Source: an uncultured virus (IMG/VR IMGVR_UViG_3300022198_000012) (lineage: Duplodnaviria > Heunggongvirae > Uroviricota > Caudoviricetes). Taken from it: a DNA stretch of 64,000 nucleotides. Positions within the stretch are counted from its first letter, which is position 1. Each line of letters starts with the position of its first letter. Positions 1-12,600 of this stretch are shown in pieces. Location of the stretch: IMG/VR virus record IMGVR_UViG_3300022198_000012, positions 1-64,000 of that record; one strand, given 5' to 3'. The notes beneath the pieces are model-generated. The model searched no databases. It worked only from the letters and a program-made list of their open reading frames with translations, and had not been told where the DNA came from. The translations under genes were made by a program, and so were the position numbers.

Positions 1-3000
1 ATCTTCTTATCATTTCTTTCCGAATAAAAAGCTTCCGCTAATCTATAGCTTACAGTATATTCTCTGCCAGGAATAATTATACTTTCGTGAGTTGTTGAAT
101 TTAATATTTGTAGTCTGTTTGAAACTAGATAATAGAAATCTTCTCCACTTTGAATATAATCTAAACTAGATATATAGTATGTACCTGTGTCTTCTAGGTC
201 TAATATATAATTTCCGTCTTCATCTACAAGTGTCCATATCCAAAGTTCTGGGTTCAAAGGGGATTGAACTAATACCCTTCCAGAAAATACATCTTCTATA
301 TATATATCTGAAACATTTTCATAAGAAAGATACAAAGCGAGGTCGTCAGATCCAATTAACGTTTCGGTATTGTAAAATGTTATATTGCCAGGAGTTGAAG
401 AATCATTAAAGAACGCTTCCCTGTACTGCACTGTTGAAGAATCGTTGTAAACTGTGACCAATATTGGCGCTCCTTGACTTGGAACTTCTGTAGTATCTAA
501 CTCAAAGAATCTTCCATTATAAACATCTAAAATGGGTTTTGCGTAAACGTAGTAATCTTCTTCGGGAAGATACAACCAACCAACGGATAGGTCTGGATTC
601 TTTGAATCAAATATATTAAGTGACTTATTGTTAAATACACCCGCTACTTTTGCGTCTACTGGTATTGGTGAGTATACATAATTCTGTATTGAAGAGTCAT
701 ATTCTTCGTACAATACATCAATTAATGTATCTGGAGAATATGTATTAGAAGAAACCGCTGTTTTTGAGCTAGTTAAAACGATCTCATCTGAAAGACTTAC
801 TGGATTTATATTTGTTATTACATATTCGCCGTCTAAAACTTGTTGCGTGGTTATACCAAAAGACTCTCCAGTTAAATTATATTTGCTAACAAAAGAATCA
901 ATATTATTTGGATTTGGAGATCTTCCAGAGTTTTCCATTTGTTCGTTTTGTTCGTAGGCGTTGCCGAATCGATCTAGATAGCCAAAGACCATTGGAGTAC
1001 TTTTAGCTTCTTCTTCTCCTATCAGGGACCAAACTTGCTTCTTAAATGGGTAATATGGAGTTGCTGACAATCCAGTAGTTATAACTAATGTTTCTGCTAG
1101 TGAAGAATAATTTATTGTTGAAGATTCAAAATAATCTGATTGATCTGGCGCACCAGAAGTGTTAGATCCATTATATGTTTCAAGAATAATATTTGGCGAT
1201 GATGGAATAAAGTATTCTAGTTCAGAATAAGGATCTATAGATCTTCCACCGTAGGCTTGCTCTTGATATATTTCTACGTTTGGATCAACCTTATACAAAG
1301 GTATCGAATCAACTTGTAAATTATTTATATAAATATTTTGAGGAGTAGATCCAATTGGATAAATTAAAGAGTCTTTTAATGACTGAATTGATAAAACTTC
1401 ATCATCCATAGATGATATGTCATTATCTTTATTTATAAAGATTTCGGATTGAATACTATTAGAATTTCCAGTTATAACTTTTGTTCCGTATACGTTTGAC
1501 CCAATTTTAAAATTAGAGTTGAAGTAATTTATGTTTGGACTTGATATAGATATAGTATCTTCAAAAGCTGGATTGACTGTATAGCCAGCTGCATGTTCAT
1601 TAAAAGATACTCTATAGTTTGCGTTATAGGAATCTAAATAGGTTTGCGTATCTATATCCCACTGTGCGCTGTTTACAATGACAATTTGATTTACGTTTTC
1701 CAAAGAAATTGATTGATTCACCGGAGTCGCATCGGCATTTGCGTACTCGTATCCGTATGTCTTTTCCAGGAATCCTATATTTGGATCTGTAAATCCATCT
1801 TCGTTAAATATTGAAATGTGATTAAACTCGGGACTTGCGGGACTATTTTCTGAAAAATAGTTTTTAACTATAAAATCTTCTCTGTCTGAGTAGGAAAAGT
1901 TTTTATAAAATACAGATGGAGTTGCGTACTGATTGTGTGAATCTAGATGTATTTCATAGACCAAAGAAACACCGCCATTTGTTGATGGCGATGCAGCGTC
2001 GGGATTATTTGCGTCTGGATCTGGAATTGTTTTTGTGTAATCGCCATAGTATTCGTAAAGTATTTTAATTGGAGCATAAACATCTTCATACGATGATACC
2101 TTAAAACCATCTGCCTTAAAATATCCTTCAAATGAAACAGTTGCAAAGGAATCATTATTTACGATAACCTGAACATCAGAAAGGTCTCCCACTCCCGGCT
2201 GAAAGTATTCTCCCATAGGAGTTGCAACATCATACTTGAAAGGAACAGTATTTATTCCTTCGTATTTTAGTCCTGCATAGTCCCAAATTCCTTCGTCCCA
2301 ATTTATGTATCCAAAATTTGAAGGATAATTTTCGTTTATATTTTTAACAAAATTTACAAATTCTTTTTGCGGAACTCCATCAAAAGCAAAGTATGGAGTA
2401 GATGATTCTATGTCTTCAAGTTCAAGAATCTCAGGAGTTGCACCAAGATAGTTTGAATCTGGTGTTGCGCCATAGGCTCTCCATATGTCTAGCTCTCTTC
2501 TTAGGGTTCTTTTTACGCCTTCTTTATCAACTGAAGGAATATTTTGATATACATCAAGTATTCTCTTTTTATAATTTTCATTTGACTCTAGATAAAGCCT
2601 TCTAAGACCGACTCTTGCACCAAATTCATCAAATATATTAAAAAATAATAAAACTTTTTGATCAAAACTTTGACCGTCAATTGTTAAATTTTCAAATTTT
2701 TTAAGAGTTATAATTTGATTATCTGATATATTATGATAATAAATATAATCTGTTTTTTTATTTAAATAAAAGCTCTCTATAGAAGAAGACCTCGCCAATG
2801 GAACAGAATCTCCAAGAACTTCTATTGCTGCTGCTGGAGCGTTATAGGTTACGTATAGCCAATCAACCAAATCTTCATCTGCAGTAGAAATATAAAAATT
2901 TATACTATTTAGATCTAGCTCGGCATCCAGTTCATCGAGATGCTCTCCAATTAAAGAATTGAGAAATTTTGCGCCAGTTGATATCGGTGTGGATAATTCT

Positions 3001-3657
3001 GGTGTTGCTTTTTCTAATGAATCTTCATAAAGAGCTGTCCAAGTTGGAAATCTAGAAAGTATTGTTCTTGAAGAATCAGAGAGAACAGGACTTGTTGGAT
3101 CATGTATCAATACATTAACAAACAAAAGAAGACCGAGTGCCTCTACATCTTCTTCTTCTGTAAATATTTCTAGTTCTATCTTTACATATTTTTTACAATT
3201 ATTTAAAAAAATAGCAGTAGAATTACTTGATATTTCAGACTTTAACCAAGGCCCACTATATTCATCTGACTCGTACATCTGCAGCGTGAAAGTCGGCTGT
3301 TCAGATCCACTATAATTTGTAAATTGACTTTTAAAAGAAATGATGTCTACTCTAGAAGAGTAGTCAATAAATCTCAATAAATCTGGAGTAGCGTTATCGT
3401 AAACTACTTCTCCGTAATTGGTGACATAGACAGCATTTTCATCGAGTGGAGTTGCGTGAGTTCCAGAATATGATGGAGATGTTTGTTCGGTTCCTACAAA
3501 TGTAAAATCGCCTATTAGATTAAGGCCAGTAGCTGATCTTTTATAAGAAAAGTTTTTATAAAAGCTGTTATTATATACGTTAATAGGATCAGAGGTCCAA
3601 ATATTCCCGATTCTTGTTGAAGTCTCCGCTACGAAGACCTAACAAATAATTCTTCAT
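1..3657 (-). CDS. Large baseplate/tail structural protein, >1200 aa, 3' end outside window; needs +1 shift at CGGG 3606-3609
   Basis: ATG at 3655-3657 with AAGGA upstream; frame 0 gives MKNYLLGLRSGDFNKN-R(CGG)-EYLDL-stop. The +1 frame from GGG 3606-3608 reads GNIWTSDPINVYNNSFY... and appears open to the window edge (several stretches hand-translated; absent from the ORF track, consistent with no stop). Lies downstream of baseplate J. Confidence 0.75.
3606..3609 (-). other. Putative +1 recoding site 1 (AAT CGG G)
   Basis: In-frame CGG with five sense codons before a TGA; +1 frame is open for the rest of the gene. Confidence 0.7.
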
Positions 3658-3674
3658 CTCTGATCCTTTTTAAC

Positions 3675-4931
3675 TTAATCTAACCAAATTGAATATTCAG
3701 ATGTTACTCCATGCTCTGGATGAATATACATCAAATGCTGACATGGTCTGCTCATTGACGAAAAGAACTCTTGAGCATATGTATTGTGGCTTTCAGGGGA
3801 ACCAGATATTCTTAGCATGGTGCTGCCTATCGTCATCTTAAATTGCTGATGATAATGACCCATAAAAACATCATCAAAATGATCTGGTATTGCGCCGTCT
3901 TTCCAGCCCATTACCTTTTTATAGTAACCATGGTATGAAGTTGGTGAAGGTAATTGATCGCCGTGTATCAACAGGCTGCTATAGCTGCCAACGCTGTCTA
4001 CTGCGTACCAATTTCTTTCTCCGGCTCCATCTGGAATATTAAATGTGATTCTATCTTCTTTATCAAACATTAATTCAACTATTTTGTAAAGAAGTCTATC
4101 CATATTAGTTTCTGGATCATGCTGCTTTCTCATCTTACCCCCAACAGCACCGTGATTACCTATAACGCCAACAACGTGAACATTCTTAAAGTTTTGCAAT
4201 GCTGTACTTAGGAACTTTGACAAGATTCTTGGGCCATTTATACCAACCTGCCTATATAGTCCCGAGTCAATTAAGTGAGCTTGACCAGGAAATATTTCTT
4301 CTCCCTCTACAATGTCGCCGAGCAGCCATACGTGCAGGCTGTCAACGTTGTGATCCATTCTTTGAATTTCTGTTATCTCAAGAAGCTTTTCTGTGTATTG
4401 TTCTATTCTTTTTTCTAATACGTCAGAATTATAATCAGGAGTTACTTTGCCCAACTGCCAATCAGCGAACACAGCCACTGCTGTTTCAGGAGTCTTATGT
4501 TTGCTATTGTTCCTAAGAACTGGTTGCTTTATCTTGGGAATCTCAAAATTTGAAAAAACATCAAATGCTGCCTGGTAAGCTGCTACAACAGTTTCGTGCT
4601 GAACGTTTTTATGTTTTTCTACTAGTTTTGCTAGTCTTTTATTTTCTGATCTAAGAAAATCATTTCTAGAATCCGCAACCATAGAAACCAAGGATGGATC
4701 TGCGGTATCGTACTCTTGATCTTCTGATATTCCAATAACTGATGATTGGCTATAAGAACCATCTTTTTCATTGATGTATTCAATTATTTCATCTTCTGAT
4801 ATTTCTGTTACATTCAAATCTTCATCTAAAATGTCGCCTTTACCTATGTTTTCAAAGACAAGACTTTTGGCTTGGGAAACATTTGGAGCACGAACTATAT
4901 ATGTATTTGTGATAACAAAATTTTTACTCAT
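3675..4931 (-). CDS. Calcineurin-like metallophosphoesterase
   Basis: Motifs DWQ (D-x-H-like), GDIVEG, GNHG, HGD and GHYH in the expected order. Confidence 0.8.
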   Translation of the reverse strand: MSKNFVITNTYIVRAPNVSQAKSLVFENIGKGDILDEDLNVTEISEDEIIEYINEKDGSYSQSSVIGISEDQEYDTADPSLVSMVADSRNDFLRSENKRLAKLVEKHKNVQHETVVAAYQAAFDVFSNFEIPKIKQPVLRNNSKHKTPETAVAVFADWQLGKVTPDYNSDVLEKRIEQYTEKLLEITEIQRMDHNVDSLHVWLLGDIVEGEEIFPGQAHLIDSGLYRQVGINGPRILSKFLSTALQNFKNVHVVGVIGNHGAVGGKMRKQHDPETNMDRLLYKIVELMFDKEDRITFNIPDGAGERNWYAVDSVGSYSSLLIHGDQLPSPTSYHGYYKKVMGWKDGAIPDHFDDVFMGHYHQQFKMTIGSTMLRISGSPESHNTYAQEFFSSMSRPCQHLMYIHPEHGVTSEYSIWLD

Positions 4932-4953
4932 TTAAATAAAACCTACTCTGTGA

Positions 4954-6123
4954 CTATGAATTGGATTGACCCATTATAACAGAATATATAGATACATTTC
5001 CAGCTGCGGGATAAACCTTGTCACTCGATGGAGTAAAGTCCATAAATGGCATTTCTTTTCCGTCGATATTGAACGAACTAATGACCACATTTCTTATGTA
5101 GTCAGAAGATTGCCTTATTTGTCTTTCTATTTCTGTTATAGAGATTGTGTCCCCTATTGTTAATGAATTTAAATATCTTTTAACAAACAAAGCTGCTTGA
5201 TTTTTTATTCCAGCATTTAGTGTATCGCCAACTGCATTTGAAAGAGATATGGTTGCAGATACATTGACCGCCAATTTTTCTGCTATTCTAATATTAAACC
5301 TAACACCAGCTGGTCTCACAGAGCTTATTGCCGCTAGCACTACTTCTGGCATTTGTTTAATGCTTGATAGGTTTTCTGGAACAACAATAACATCACAGGA
5401 CCCAACGCCATAGGAACTTTCTCTTATTCTAACATCCCTTACGCCCTTAACTGATAGAGCTGCAAATCGGACCGACTCTGCTGTTCCAGCGGCCCTAGTC
5501 TTTATGGAGGATACTATTCTTCTTCTGTAATTGTCATCCGATTCAGAATTTATTGCTGAGTAAACTTCTTTTGGATTATTGCAGAAAATAACCACTCCTG
5601 GAGGAGCTATGAAATTGTGTGATGTTAAAGAATTCTTTGGCGCCACATAAGTATTGTCAGAAAAGTCTGCAATAACTAATCCATAGGCTCTTGTTGATCC
5701 AGATGGAATAAGTACAGAATCATTTAATTTATACCTATACTGTCTTACGGAAAAATTGTCAACATTGGTTAGTATCATAGTGTCTTTCGGCACTGTTATG
5801 TCTTGACTATAGGGTTTCTGTATAAAGAATTCAATATTAAAAGACTGTCTTTCAATAGCTGCGGCGTCGGAAATTTGTTTTCTAACTATTCCATAAAGCT
5901 CACCTATCAAATCAAGATTTCTACCAGATGCTGTAGAAAGTGCACCTTGTCTTAAGCTGAAATTTAAAGAAGAATACAAATCTGATATCTCTGTACTTAT
6001 CGCTTCGGCAAAAGCTCTTGCTATTGAGCCAGGATAGACTGCTGTTATTCCAGCGTCCTTTTCTAAAGAATTTAAAATAGAAGTAAGTATTTCTTCTTTT
6101 TGTCTTGTTCCATATATAGGCAT
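4954..6123 (-). CDS. Baseplate J-like protein
   Basis: PGSIARAFAEA, ASGRNLDLIG and ESDDNYRRRI...AGT...ALSVKGV motifs; gene context. Confidence 0.85.
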   Translation of the reverse strand: MPIYGTRQKEEILTSILNSLEKDAGITAVYPGSIARAFAEAISTEISDLYSSLNFSLRQGALSTASGRNLDLIGELYGIVRKQISDAAAIERQSFNIEFFIQKPYSQDITVPKDTMILTNVDNFSVRQYRYKLNDSVLIPSGSTRAYGLVIADFSDNTYVAPKNSLTSHNFIAPPGVVIFCNNPKEVYSAINSESDDNYRRRIVSSIKTRAAGTAESVRFAALSVKGVRDVRIRESSYGVGSCDVIVVPENLSSIKQMPEVVLAAISSVRPAGVRFNIRIAEKLAVNVSATISLSNAVGDTLNAGIKNQAALFVKRYLNSLTIGDTISITEIERQIRQSSDYIRNVVISSFNIDGKEMPFMDFTPSSDKVYPAAGNVSIYSVIMGQSNS

Positions 6124-6124
6124 A

Positions 6125-6505
6125 TTATGCTCCTAGGTCCTGAGATACAGAAAGAACCACTGGCTCATTAGTATCTGTTATAATGTGAACGTCAAACCTT
6201 ATAGTATCTGGTCCAGTTGGAATTGCTTCTATTTGTATATTTCTTCCCCTGAAAACATCTTCTTTTTCAAGTGCGGCTCTTATCAACCTCTTGCCAAAAT
6301 CTCCAGTTTCTTTTGATTGCGGCATTCCGTATAGCACTGAAAGGTCTGTGCCAAGAGATGGATAAATGTAAAAATCTCCAGGCTCAGTCATTAGTCTTAG
6401 ATAAACCTGTTGTATATCATCTTGAAGACTAGAAGTAGTTCTGGCAATATCTTTATTTCCGTTTACCAGTATATCTCCTGTCATTGTAAAATATAAATCA
6501 GACAT
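6125..6505 (-). CDS. Baseplate wedge / gp25-like protein
   Basis: 126 aa, QQVYLRLMTEPGDF..YPSLG motif, directly upstream of baseplate J. Confidence 0.75.
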   Translation of the reverse strand: MSDLYFTMTGDILVNGNKDIARTTSSLQDDIQQVYLRLMTEPGDFYIYPSLGTDLSVLYGMPQSKETGDFGKRLIRAALEKEDVFRGRNIQIEAIPTGPDTIRFDVHIITDTNEPVVLSVSQDLGA

Positions 6506-7139
6506 TTTTTATCTCATCAGCCTTAGATTTTGCTTGTGCAAAGGTAGATCCCTGCTTTATTAATTCCACCAAATATTCAATATATTCCTTAGAATGCTCT
6601 GACAGTATGTTCTGAACAAGCATAACTTCTTGTTCGGAAAGCCCTTCTGTTGGAATTAAAGAATTATATGTTTGACTAGTATCTGGCCCTTGGGGCGCAA
6701 ATTGATAATCACCTTTTATAGTAACGGCTTTTTGCTCTTCTGATTCTTCTAAGGTCTTTAGTTTAGCTAAATAATGTTGTGCATCATTTTGGGCCGTATG
6801 TATTGATTTTGGGTCCACTTTAACTAATGTTGGCTGAGAATAGTCAATAGCTGAATAATTAAAATTAAAATTATTCCATCTTAATCCTGTTTCTGAGCAG
6901 AACATCCTAATTTTATCAGCAAATAAAGATATGGATCTGCCTGTTCCACTTATAACTATACCAACTCCCGGAGCTGCAAATATCTCTATGTCTCCATCGT
7001 CGTTTAATCTTAAGAAAGAATTATTATCTGGATGATTGAATCCAACTTCTCTTCTGGAAAACTCATTTCTTCTCTTAAGTTCTCCGGCTACAGAAAAGTT
7101 TTTTTCTGGCTCTACTGATTCTGTATATAGATTAGACAT
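6498..7139 (-). CDS. Baseplate/spike-associated protein (putative)
   Basis: 213 aa ORF, overlaps the next gene, N-terminal half looks beta-rich; function inferred from context only. Confidence 0.5.
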   Translation of the reverse strand: MSNLYTESVEPEKNFSVAGELKRRNEFSRREVGFNHPDNNSFLRLNDDGDIEIFAAPGVGIVISGTGRSISLFADKIRMFCSETGLRWNNFNFNYSAIDYSQPTLVKVDPKSIHTAQNDAQHYLAKLKTLEESEEQKAVTIKGDYQFAPQGPDTSQTYNSLIPTEGLSEQEVMLVQNILSEHSKEYIEYLVELIKQGSTFAQAKSKADEIKNV

Positions 7140-7141
7140 AA

Positions 7142-7510
7142 TTACCTGGCCATAAATTTCGGAACACCTGTATTGACACTGTAATTATACATGTAATTTG
7201 AACTAAATTGCGGCTCGTCAAAGTACATAATAACATACGCAAATCTTTCGTTATCATCTCTAAAGCCCACTAAGCATCTTGTTCCTGGATTCGGTGCAAC
7301 AGTTTGTATTCCAGGAGTTGAAGGACAGGGGACATTATTTAGTGTGTTTCCAATTTGACCAGAATATTGATCATCTAAAATTATAGAAGCGGTATTGGTT
7401 TCTACATTAAAAGACATGATTACACCTGGCCTTGTTTTGGCCTGACGCATTCTAGATTGATCTATTTGATTTTGAATTTTATTATCAAATTTTGGATACT
7501 TACTTGGCAT
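7142..7510 (-). CDS. Baseplate spike N-terminal OB-fold-like protein (gpV/gp45-like)
   Basis: RPGVIMSFN...NVPCP...PNPGTRCLVGF pattern and position in the baseplate module. Confidence 0.55.
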   Translation of the reverse strand: MPSKYPKFDNKIQNQIDQSRMRQAKTRPGVIMSFNVETNTASIILDDQYSGQIGNTLNNVPCPSTPGIQTVAPNPGTRCLVGFRDDNERFAYVIMYFDEPQFSSNYMYNYSVNTGVPKFMAR

Positions 7511-7521
7511 GCTTTTACCTC

Positions 7522-9610
7522 TTACTCAAATACAGCTAAATACTTAGTGCCATTAAACCAATTTTCTAAAAATGTTTTTCCATTTTTTTCTACTTCCTTT
7601 GAATCCTGGTTAAGTGTATTGGATTTTCGTGATTTGGCTTTGACTTTTTGCATTATCCAATCTCTCAATGTTCCTTCTGATTTGTTAGTCATTTTTTGAT
7701 ATACGGAAAGAACATCTTCAAATTGCATATTTGAGTAGTTAGTACTGGATATAAATCCATATTTTAGATAATTATCACCCCATGGTTCTATCGGCAAATC
7801 TTGTACTGGTTGCTTAAAATTAAATCTATTTATTTTACTTCTTAATAAATAAACTTGATTTGTTAAATTCCAAAGTCTTTTATCAAATTTATCAATACCA
7901 AACCCTGGTTGACCAGAAGCGCACCTAGCATTAATTTCTGCGTCTATAGAACTTTCTGGAATATCTTGCTTATCTGGAAGAGCCAATTTCCAGTATTGTG
8001 TTTGAAATTTTTCAGGAAGAAGAAGTTGACAATTTGCCGATCCTCCGTCTTTTATTGCTGTAGATATTTGCCATAAACCTATAGCGCCCCATTTTTCTTG
8101 AACTATGTAAAGTTTTCTCTGAGATTCTCTATTGGCCAATCCAACAAAAATAGCTGCCGCTTCTGGAGTAAACAAGCCGACATTTACAAGTGCATTAAAA
8201 ATATCTTCTGGAGATATTTGTTGAGAATTATTAGTATAATCTTTTGTTAATAAATTTGTTGAAGAAATTCTTCTTGTTCTTAAAAAAGAATCTTGATATT
8301 CAATTCCATTTTCATTTGATTCAGATGAAGAATTGGAAGAAGCGCTAGTCAAAGATCCTTGTCCATTGTAGATGCCGCCTCTAGCTGGAGAAAAACTTAC
8401 ATGTATATGATCATCATGACCAGAAAAATCTCTTTTAAGTTTTACATATTTTAAATTTGTATACTTTGTATCTAAAGATGTAGTTTTTGGCGTATATGTA
8501 TCATACGAAGCGTCTACAAATTTAGCTGATACACAAATAAAATCTGGAATAAGGTGCAGCGGCATTGCGTTAAGTTTTGCTAAAAACAAATTAAGTTGAT
8601 ATTGATAACCCTCTTTAGTTGTTATCTTGTTCAAATTTTTTTCATATTTTCTTTCGGTTGAATGATTAACCGGAAGAATTGAGGAAAAATCAAAAGCCCT
8701 ACCAAATGCGTGATCTGTTATAGTGTTTGATGGTGCTCCAGAAGATTTTGGCGTATCGTTTTGCCTTTGAGTGCCAAAACCTCCAGTTAATTTTAGTGCT
8801 GGACCATAAGAATCAGACAAAAGAACTAACAAAAATTCTATTAAAGAAGCTGATATATACGCTTTTTGAGAGGGTGCTGTAACAATATCTTCGGATATTT
8901 TTCTTTCTATTACGTCTTTTGCTCCGCGGCACAGTTGAGCTAGTGTTATAGAACACTTCAGTATTTGAGTCTCTTATATCAAATTCAAACCCATTTTTAA
9001 GTATGCCTTTATCGACTGCTGAAATATTTAACTTTGATGCTAACAACTCTGCTCTATTTAAATACCAAGTTTTTTCTTGAGCGGTCATATCTTTATCAAG
9101 AGCTATTGGCCTTACACCTGCTCCAACAAAACCAGAAGAACCGGCGTAGTCAACTGATCCATGCGCCAAACCCTCTACTGATGTTGTCTCTGGAGAATAT
9201 CCGCTTCCATATTTCATCATTAAATTTTCGCTAAATGAATCAACAAGACCAGCTGACCCCTGCAAACCAATTCCACTTCTGGCAAAAATATTTAATGCTA
9301 AAGAAGCGGAGTCCACATTTGGATCATTAGTAATTTTATTTTCTAAAAGTGTATTTGATAAGCTGTTTAAATTTTCTCTAGCTATATTCATTCTATAAAG
9401 ATTCCCATAAAGAGTATTTCCCAATAACTCTTTTCCAGAAGCAGCAGATATTAAGTCTACGCTTGTTAGGGTTTGACCTTGATACCCTCTATCGGCCAAA
9501 GATGTTTTATTAAATGGCTGGCTATTTTTTGGATTAATATTTTTAACTATACTCTTAGTTAAAGAAGCGGAGTCGTTTAGGTTTTCTGGCGTAAAATCAT
9601 AATAAGACAT
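7522..9610 (-). CDS. Tail-associated lysin with M15-like Zn peptidase and SLT/lysozyme-like domains, about 695 aa after +1 shift at 8923-8926
   Basis: Joins ORFs 8813-9610 and 7522-8832. DHAFGRAFD...HDDHIHVSF matches H-x6-D...HxH; RES...GLWQI is an SLT-like motif. Confidence 0.7.
8923..8926 (-). other. Putative +1 recoding site 2 (CCG CGG A)
   Basis: Frame 0 turns into an implausible basic run (RSKRRNRKKNIRR) at the CGG; +1 reads GAKDVIERKISEDIVTAPSQKAYISASLIEF directly into the downstream ORF. Confidence 0.7.
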
Positions 9611-9612
9611 TT

Positions 9613-12600
9613 TTAATTTTCACCTACCTTGGTTGGAATTCCCAACGAATCTACTGCATTATTGACTGAGTTTGATTCTGTCAACAGATCTTTTGCGTAC
9701 ACGCTGGCCAAATTATTAATGACCAATTCCCAATTAAGAGTATACGGAGTGCCATCATCATAGTACTCGTCCCATAGAACTAATGGCCATTTTGAGGCGG
9801 AGGAATATAACTCTTCTAGAATCTTCATCTCAACCATATTTGAGTATATTTTTTGAGCCGTTATAGTATTAAGGAATCCGCCGTCTATTACTCCGACACT
9901 ATGATCAACATTTGTCAAAGAATCTACCTGTCCGTAAACTTTTTCGTATACCTGATTTACGGCAAATATAGATCCATATAAACTGTCTTTAAATTCTTTT
10001 TTAATTTTATCATAATCTAAATTATTTTTAATAAATATATTAAGTACAAAACTCTTTATATTAGATAGATTAGTTGAAGATGTTTTATAGAAAATAGTTG
10101 CCAAAGTTCTTCCAAAAAGTTCTTTTAGATAGTTATTCTCTGTATTTGTTTCTGATCCAGGAGCAAAAGTTTCTTCACTAGAATCTGCAGATAGATTTCC
10201 ATTGGCGTCTTGCTTAATTCTCAACAAAAAGATCTTGTCAGTTAGTGCGTTTGCAGTAAATGTCGTAGCCTTATAACCGGGAGATTGCTTGTCTATAATC
10301 GTTGCTAACACCTCTGTATAATTATCATCTTTGGGATCTCCATATTGAGGTGTTATCATGGCTTGTTCTGGTGCGTTTATGCCATCAAAACGAACATCAA
10401 ACTTCTTGCCACTAATTATATCTACAACGGCTATAGTGTCTGCGTCTTTAATTCCACTCTTTTTAGCTCCAGCTGATGAGGTTGATGAGCTAATTGGCAA
10501 ACCTTCTGATGTGTCAAGTTTGCACAAAACCTTAAAGAAAGGTTCAAATGTAGTTTTTTCTGGACCAAGATTTGACAAGCCCAATACTTTCGAATGCACT
10601 AGTGCATTTTCATAACTTATATATCTTACTAGTTCTTTTATTTCAACTTCATTCCAGCCAAGACTCTTAAATAAATCATCACTTCTAATATAGGCGTGTC
10701 CATCTGCCGTTCTTGCCCTTCTTCTTACCCCAAGTATTCCAGGAAGAAGAGCCTTTGAATGATATCTTCCAACTACCATTCCCTGATTGTATGATAAGCC
10801 GCCGTCCATTGGTTGACCATTTTTATTTAAATACTGAACGTAGGCACCGTGTTGATCTAAAAGATTATCTCTTACCCATCTCCAGCCCTTCCATAGAAGC
10901 TGACCAAATAGTCCAGCTGTTGGTATGGCTACGGCTGCGGCGGCTATTCCAGTAGTGCCAGCTATTGCTGCCGCACCAACGCCAACACCAGCAGATCCTG
11001 TTATTCCACCTATAAATGATGCAATGCCGACAGCTCCGTTATTTCCGTTGATTTGAGCTTGTTTTCTAACCTCCTCAGTAAACGAAGGTTCTTCAGAAAA
11101 AGAATCGTAAGTCATGGACGCTACAACGTCTTTTACTAGAGCCGAAGCGCCGTGTGTAAATTTAAGTCCTCCGCATCATCTGTGCGTTGAGATTATCTGC
11201 TAGCCTATCTATAGAAATATTTCCTCCTGCAGATATTCCAGAATTGTTTGCCCTCACAGAATCTAAGAATAGTCTCGTATCGTTTCTTATTGCCTGAGTA
11301 TTCATCCATGAATCTAGCCAAGAAGTCATAAACCATCTTGCCGGATCATTAACAGTAACTAAGGCATTCGGCGTTATTGACGTTATATATCCAAGCTCTG
11401 AAGTAAAATGATGAATTACTTGCTCAACTTCAAATATTCCGTACATTCTCTCGTATACGTCTGCTATGTAAACAAGGTCATGTGGCCTTATATCTCCATT
11501 GCCAACTATGAGTAATTCTCCGCCATATATATCTTTAACATTTTCTTTAAGATGAGAAAGTGCTATTCTTTTAGCGGCTAGTTCATCTGGGCTTCCAGTA
11601 ACATTTTTTACAATTCCTCTTGTAGTTTCAAATGGATGCAAAAGTGGATGTAAGAATCCAAAAAATCCTTCTCCGACAGGATTATCAAAATATATTCCTG
11701 TTTCAACAGTTGTTTCATTCATTCTTTCCGGTGACGCTCCTTTATCAAGCGCAACTGTTACCGGATATTTTCCATCCGAAACCGCTGTTATTACGGTTGA
11801 AACATCGTTATTTGTTTCTCTAATCTGATTAGAAAGTATGTGGCTAAATGAACTTAGATAGTGTATTCTTTGGAATGGCTCTCTAACTTCTATAACTGGC
11901 TCACCGTACTCTCTGGTGAAAGGATTATCAACTGATCTCAATAGAGATCCTGGCCTACCTAACTTATAATAAATAGAATCATTTAATGCCTTGTTTAATA
12001 TATTTGCTTGCCTACCAAGCTGACCAGCTTCAGATATTCCATATCCTGCTTGCATCATATTTAGCTTGAATGTTTGAAGCAATCCAGTTAGAGCGCTGCC
12101 CATTGCCGAGAATATAACTCCAACATTTCTATCCCAAAAGTTGTCTACATTAGAAATTGCTTTAGATACTAAGTTTGTTGCACTACTGCCTTCTCCTCTA
12201 TTGTTGTAAAGAAGCTGCATAAATTTCTTTTTATCTTTTGCATAAGTATTATTTGGATTTATGAAAGCAGCAAATATCTTATCTACTGCTTTAAAATCCC
12301 ACTGCTCATCTTTACTGCGGAATAAGCCGACTTTTCTTGATGGCTTAAGCACTAGCCAGGCCCTTGCGTAAGGATCTTGCCACATAACCTGCCTAAATAT
12401 ACCAACTAGTGTCAAGAACAATTGTCTTGGAGTTTTTATTAATTCGCCGTTTACCTCAGAACCTCGGACGTTTTCCTCTTCCCCTAATTCTTGCCTAAGA
12501 AAACTATCATTATATACTAAAAAGTTTTCTCTAAATTTTGTTATTTTATTTTTAACTAATTCATTGAAATATTCTACTAGTCCACCATTTTCAATGGAGG

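Noticed and set aside
179..2605. Short ORFs 179-409, 1943-2155 and 2402-2605
   Set aside because: They overlap the long open minus-strand frame of the 1-3657 gene.
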